From assembly GCF_902713615.1 (NCBI RefSeq), contig NC_052160.1, forward strand, positions 9,672,001 to 9,736,000: DNA of 64,000 nt, read 5' to 3'. The first letter of the stretch is position 1. Each line of letters starts with the position of its first letter. Shown here piece by piece: positions 60,881 through 64,000 of the stretch. Made by a program: the position numbers and the translations under genes. This DNA is from Scyliorhinus canicula (Eukaryota). Under the pieces are notes generated by a model that ran no database searches, had not been told where the DNA came from, and worked only from the letters and a program-made list of their open reading frames with translations.

Positions 60881-61907
60881 TTTCTACATTAAAGGCATTA
60901 TGCAAAAGCTATTGTTGCATATTGACCTGGCCCATTCCTTTTAGAGCACTGATTAGGTAGTCTCCAGGGAGAGGTGATCAAAATAAGCCATGAGATCAAT
61001 TAAGAGATTGTTGTTGAAAGTCTGTCTGGATTTCTGCTGCTTGGCTTCTCATTATCTCAGCGACCTTTCAAGGTGAGAAAAAGCAGCAGGGAATAACAAG
61101 TGTTCTTTCATACACTGATTCGTTGGGTGTTTAATACGAGTTATTACACTGGAAAGCTTTGAGAATGTTGAAAACTTTTCAGTAGATAATTGTAAGGGGT
61201 ATAGCTGAAGGAAGATGGGTATTTGTCAGAGAACGAAGGTAGTAATCCAGTTGATTTGAGTTTGATACCACAGATTGCAATAAACTGACTGATTCTGTTT
61301 GGCATTGGAAATTTGGCACTGCGTTAATTCCTTTGTTCACATGCTGTTATTATATGGGCATATAAGAATAACTATTTTTAATGGTGGTGATTTGTGCTCC
61401 CATTCTTGAAGGTGAAAATAACATTGCTCCATGAAGAAGTGTGTGTCTGTGTGACATCATCAGAAAAATTTTGTGAATTGTTACCAGCACTTGACACATA
61501 GGATATTAAAGAGTTAAAAGCATCAAAAGAGGGGAGAAGGTGATAACCCCATCTGTTTTGATTTTAAGATATGTTTTATATAATAAATATAATCTAGGCA
61601 TTGGTTATATTTGGTTGTTTTGACTTTGAGAGAGAGATGTCGAGAGAGAGCAAACTGTTGAACTGGTCTTCTGACCTTTAATATTTAGCCTTAAAAACAT
61701 TTTGGAAACAGTCCCAGTTTGAGTGGTTGTTCTCTTCTGTAAGTGATGAACTGGCATATGTGCACAGTACATAAATTCCCTGGTTCCTCTGGCTTTTGGC
61801 ACTTGTTCTTGAGATACTATACGGAAGAGGGAGGCAGTGATTCATGTGGAATCTGAAAGCTGTGTTTGTGCACACTTCTCCTGTTGCTGTGCTGTAGTGC
61901 CAGCTTT

Positions 61908-61917
<10 letters not shown>

Positions 61918-61940
<23 letters not shown>
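61918..61940. repeat. (TA)n microsatellite preceded by (TG)n
   Basis: Visible run. Confidence 0.9.
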
Positions 61941-61945
<5 letters not shown>

Positions 61946-62379
61946 GTCAAAATATAAAAAACAAAATATTTAATTTTTGTGCTTATGACGGTGACTAAAT
62001 GTTCCTTTGTGGAATTTGTGTATTTTTGAATGCAGCTTGTTACTTTGATAACTTGAAAACATCTATTCATTCACTAGTGTCACACAACTACTCAAAATAG
62101 AAGAAAAGAAAAACAAAACTTTGCTCTTCCTTCTCCCTGGTCACTTTTTATCATATTTTTATTTTCTTATGCTAACAGATTCATTTCATTTCAGATAGAT
62201 TTGTTTTCTAAATGTAACTGTTGCATGACTGTACATTTGATACACCCAAGCCTCTCATGAAAATGTGCAGCTGAACAGCTGATAGAAAATAAGATTAACT
62301 GCAAATTTATAAACTGTTAGAAATTAATGTTCCCAGCACAAAAATAAGAACACTGCAGACTAACAATGGAAAATTATTT

Positions 62380-64000
62380 GATAAGGACTCGTCTACTGAG
62401 GTAGTATGGGCTGAGGTTAGAAACAGGAAAGGAGAGGTCATCCTGTTGGGGGTTTTCTATAGGCCTCCGAAAAGTTCCAGAGATGTAGAGGAAAGGATTG
62501 CAAAGATGATTCTGGATAGGAGCGAAAGTAACAGGGTAGTTGTTATGGGGGACTTTAACTTTCCAAATATTGACTGGAAACACTATAGTAGAGTACTTTA
62601 GATGGGTCCGTTTTTGTCCAATGTGTGCAGGAGGGTTTCCTGACACAGTATGTAGATAGGCCGAGAGGTGAGGCCGTATTGGATTTAGTACTGGGTAATG
62701 AACCAGGACAGGTGTTAGATTTGGATGTAGGTGAGCACTTTGGTGATAGTGACCACAATTCCATTACGTTTACTTTAGTGATGGAAAGGGATAAGTATAT
62801 ACCGCAGGGCAAGAGGTATATCTGGGGGAAAGGCAATTATGATGCGATGAGGCAAGACTTGGGATGAATCGGATGGAGAGGGAAAATGCAGGGGCTGGCA
62901 CAATGGAAATGTGGAGCATGTTCAAGGAACAGCTACTGCGTGTCCTTGATAAGTATGTACCTGTCAGGCAGGGAGGAAGTGGTTGAGCGGGGGAACCGTG
63001 GTTTACTAAAGCAGTTGAAACACTTGTCAAGAGGAAGAAGGAGGCTTATGTAAAGATGAGACATGACGGTTCAGTTAGGGCGTTCGAGAGTTACAAGTTA
63101 GCTAGGAAGGATCTAAAGAGAGAGCTAAGAAGAGCCAGGAGGGGACATGAGAAGTCTTTGGTAGGTAGGATCAAGGATAACCCTAAAGCTTTCTATAGAT
63201 ATGTCCGGAATAAAAGAATGACTAGGGTAAGAGTAGGGCCAGTCAAAGACAGCAGTGGGAGGAGATAGGAGATATGCTAAATGAAAATTTTTCATCAGTA
63301 TTTACACAGGAAAAGGACACTGTTGTCGAGGAGAATATTGAGATACAGGCTACTAGACTAGAAGGGCTTGAGGTTCATAAGGCGGGGGTGTTAGCGATTC
63401 TGGAAAGTGTTAAAATAGATAAGTCCCCTGGGCCGGATGGGATTTATCCTAGGATTCTCTAGGAAGCTAGGGAGGAGATTGCTGAGCCTTTGACTTTGAT
63501 CTTTAAGTCATCTTTGTCTACAGGAATAATGCCAGAAGACTGGAGGATAGCAAATGTTGTCCCCCTTGTTCAAGAAGGGGAGTAGAGACGACCCTGTTAA
63601 CTATAGACCAGTGAGCCTAACTTCTGTTGTGGGCAAAGTCTTGGAAAGGTTTATAAGAGATAGGATGTATAGTCATCTGGAAAGGAATAATTTGATAAGA
63701 GATAGTCAACATGGTTTTGTGAAGGGTAAGTCGTGCCTCACAAACCTTATTGAGTTCTTTGAGAAGGTGACCAAACAGGTGGATGAGGGTAAAGCAGTTG
63801 ATGTGGTGTATATAGATTTCAGTAAAGCGTTTGATAAGGTTCCCCATGGTAGGCTATTGCAGAAAATACGGAGGCATGGGATTCAGGGTGATTCAGCAGT
63901 TTGGATCAGAAATTGGCTAGCTGGAAGAAGACAGAGGGTGGTGGTTGATGGGAAATGTTCAGACTGGAGTCCAGTTACTAGTGGTGTACCACAAGGATCT
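62380..64000 (+). mobile_element. Young CR1 (HER1-like) LINE ORF2 (endonuclease to RT), continues beyond the window
   Basis: [33 protein letters not shown]; same subfamily as 31955-33087. Confidence 0.93.

Noticed and set aside
46024-64000. UBN1 exon with the DPF...LARKFEEKYG / HRD region
   Set aside because: Not found by eye; probably lies beyond the window end.

Overview
Vertebrate genomic DNA, most likely a shark or other elasmobranch, judged from HE1/V-SINE, CR1, Rex1/Babar, L1 and Penelope-type repeats. The window holds three genes in the same order as human 16p13.3. These are ROGDI coding exon 1 (minus, 943-984), a complete 16-exon GLYR1/NPAC gene (minus, CDS 45324->5470, 1515 nt, 504 aa, all GT-AG and phase-consistent) and UBN1 coding exon 1 (plus, 45802-46023). 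GLYR1 and UBN1 are head-to-head on a ~0.5 kb CpG-rich bidirectional promoter. The introns are mostly nested transposable elements. Best second-look items: (1) a Penelope-type inverted repeat carrying a minimal type I hammerhead ribozyme fold with a U3-A8 core instead of C3-G8; (2) short locally templated insertions, one copying the end and splice donor of GLYR1 exon 10 into a SINE; (3) a perfect 18-bp inverted repeat across the promoter, forming the GLYR1 start codon on one side and a strong-context Cys-rich uORF on the UBN1 side; (4) candidate poison exons and a microexon; (5) G-rich minisatellites just inside the 5' introns of two genes. Gene and repeat names come from recalled family sequences, not database searches, and TE boundaries without a TSD are approximate.
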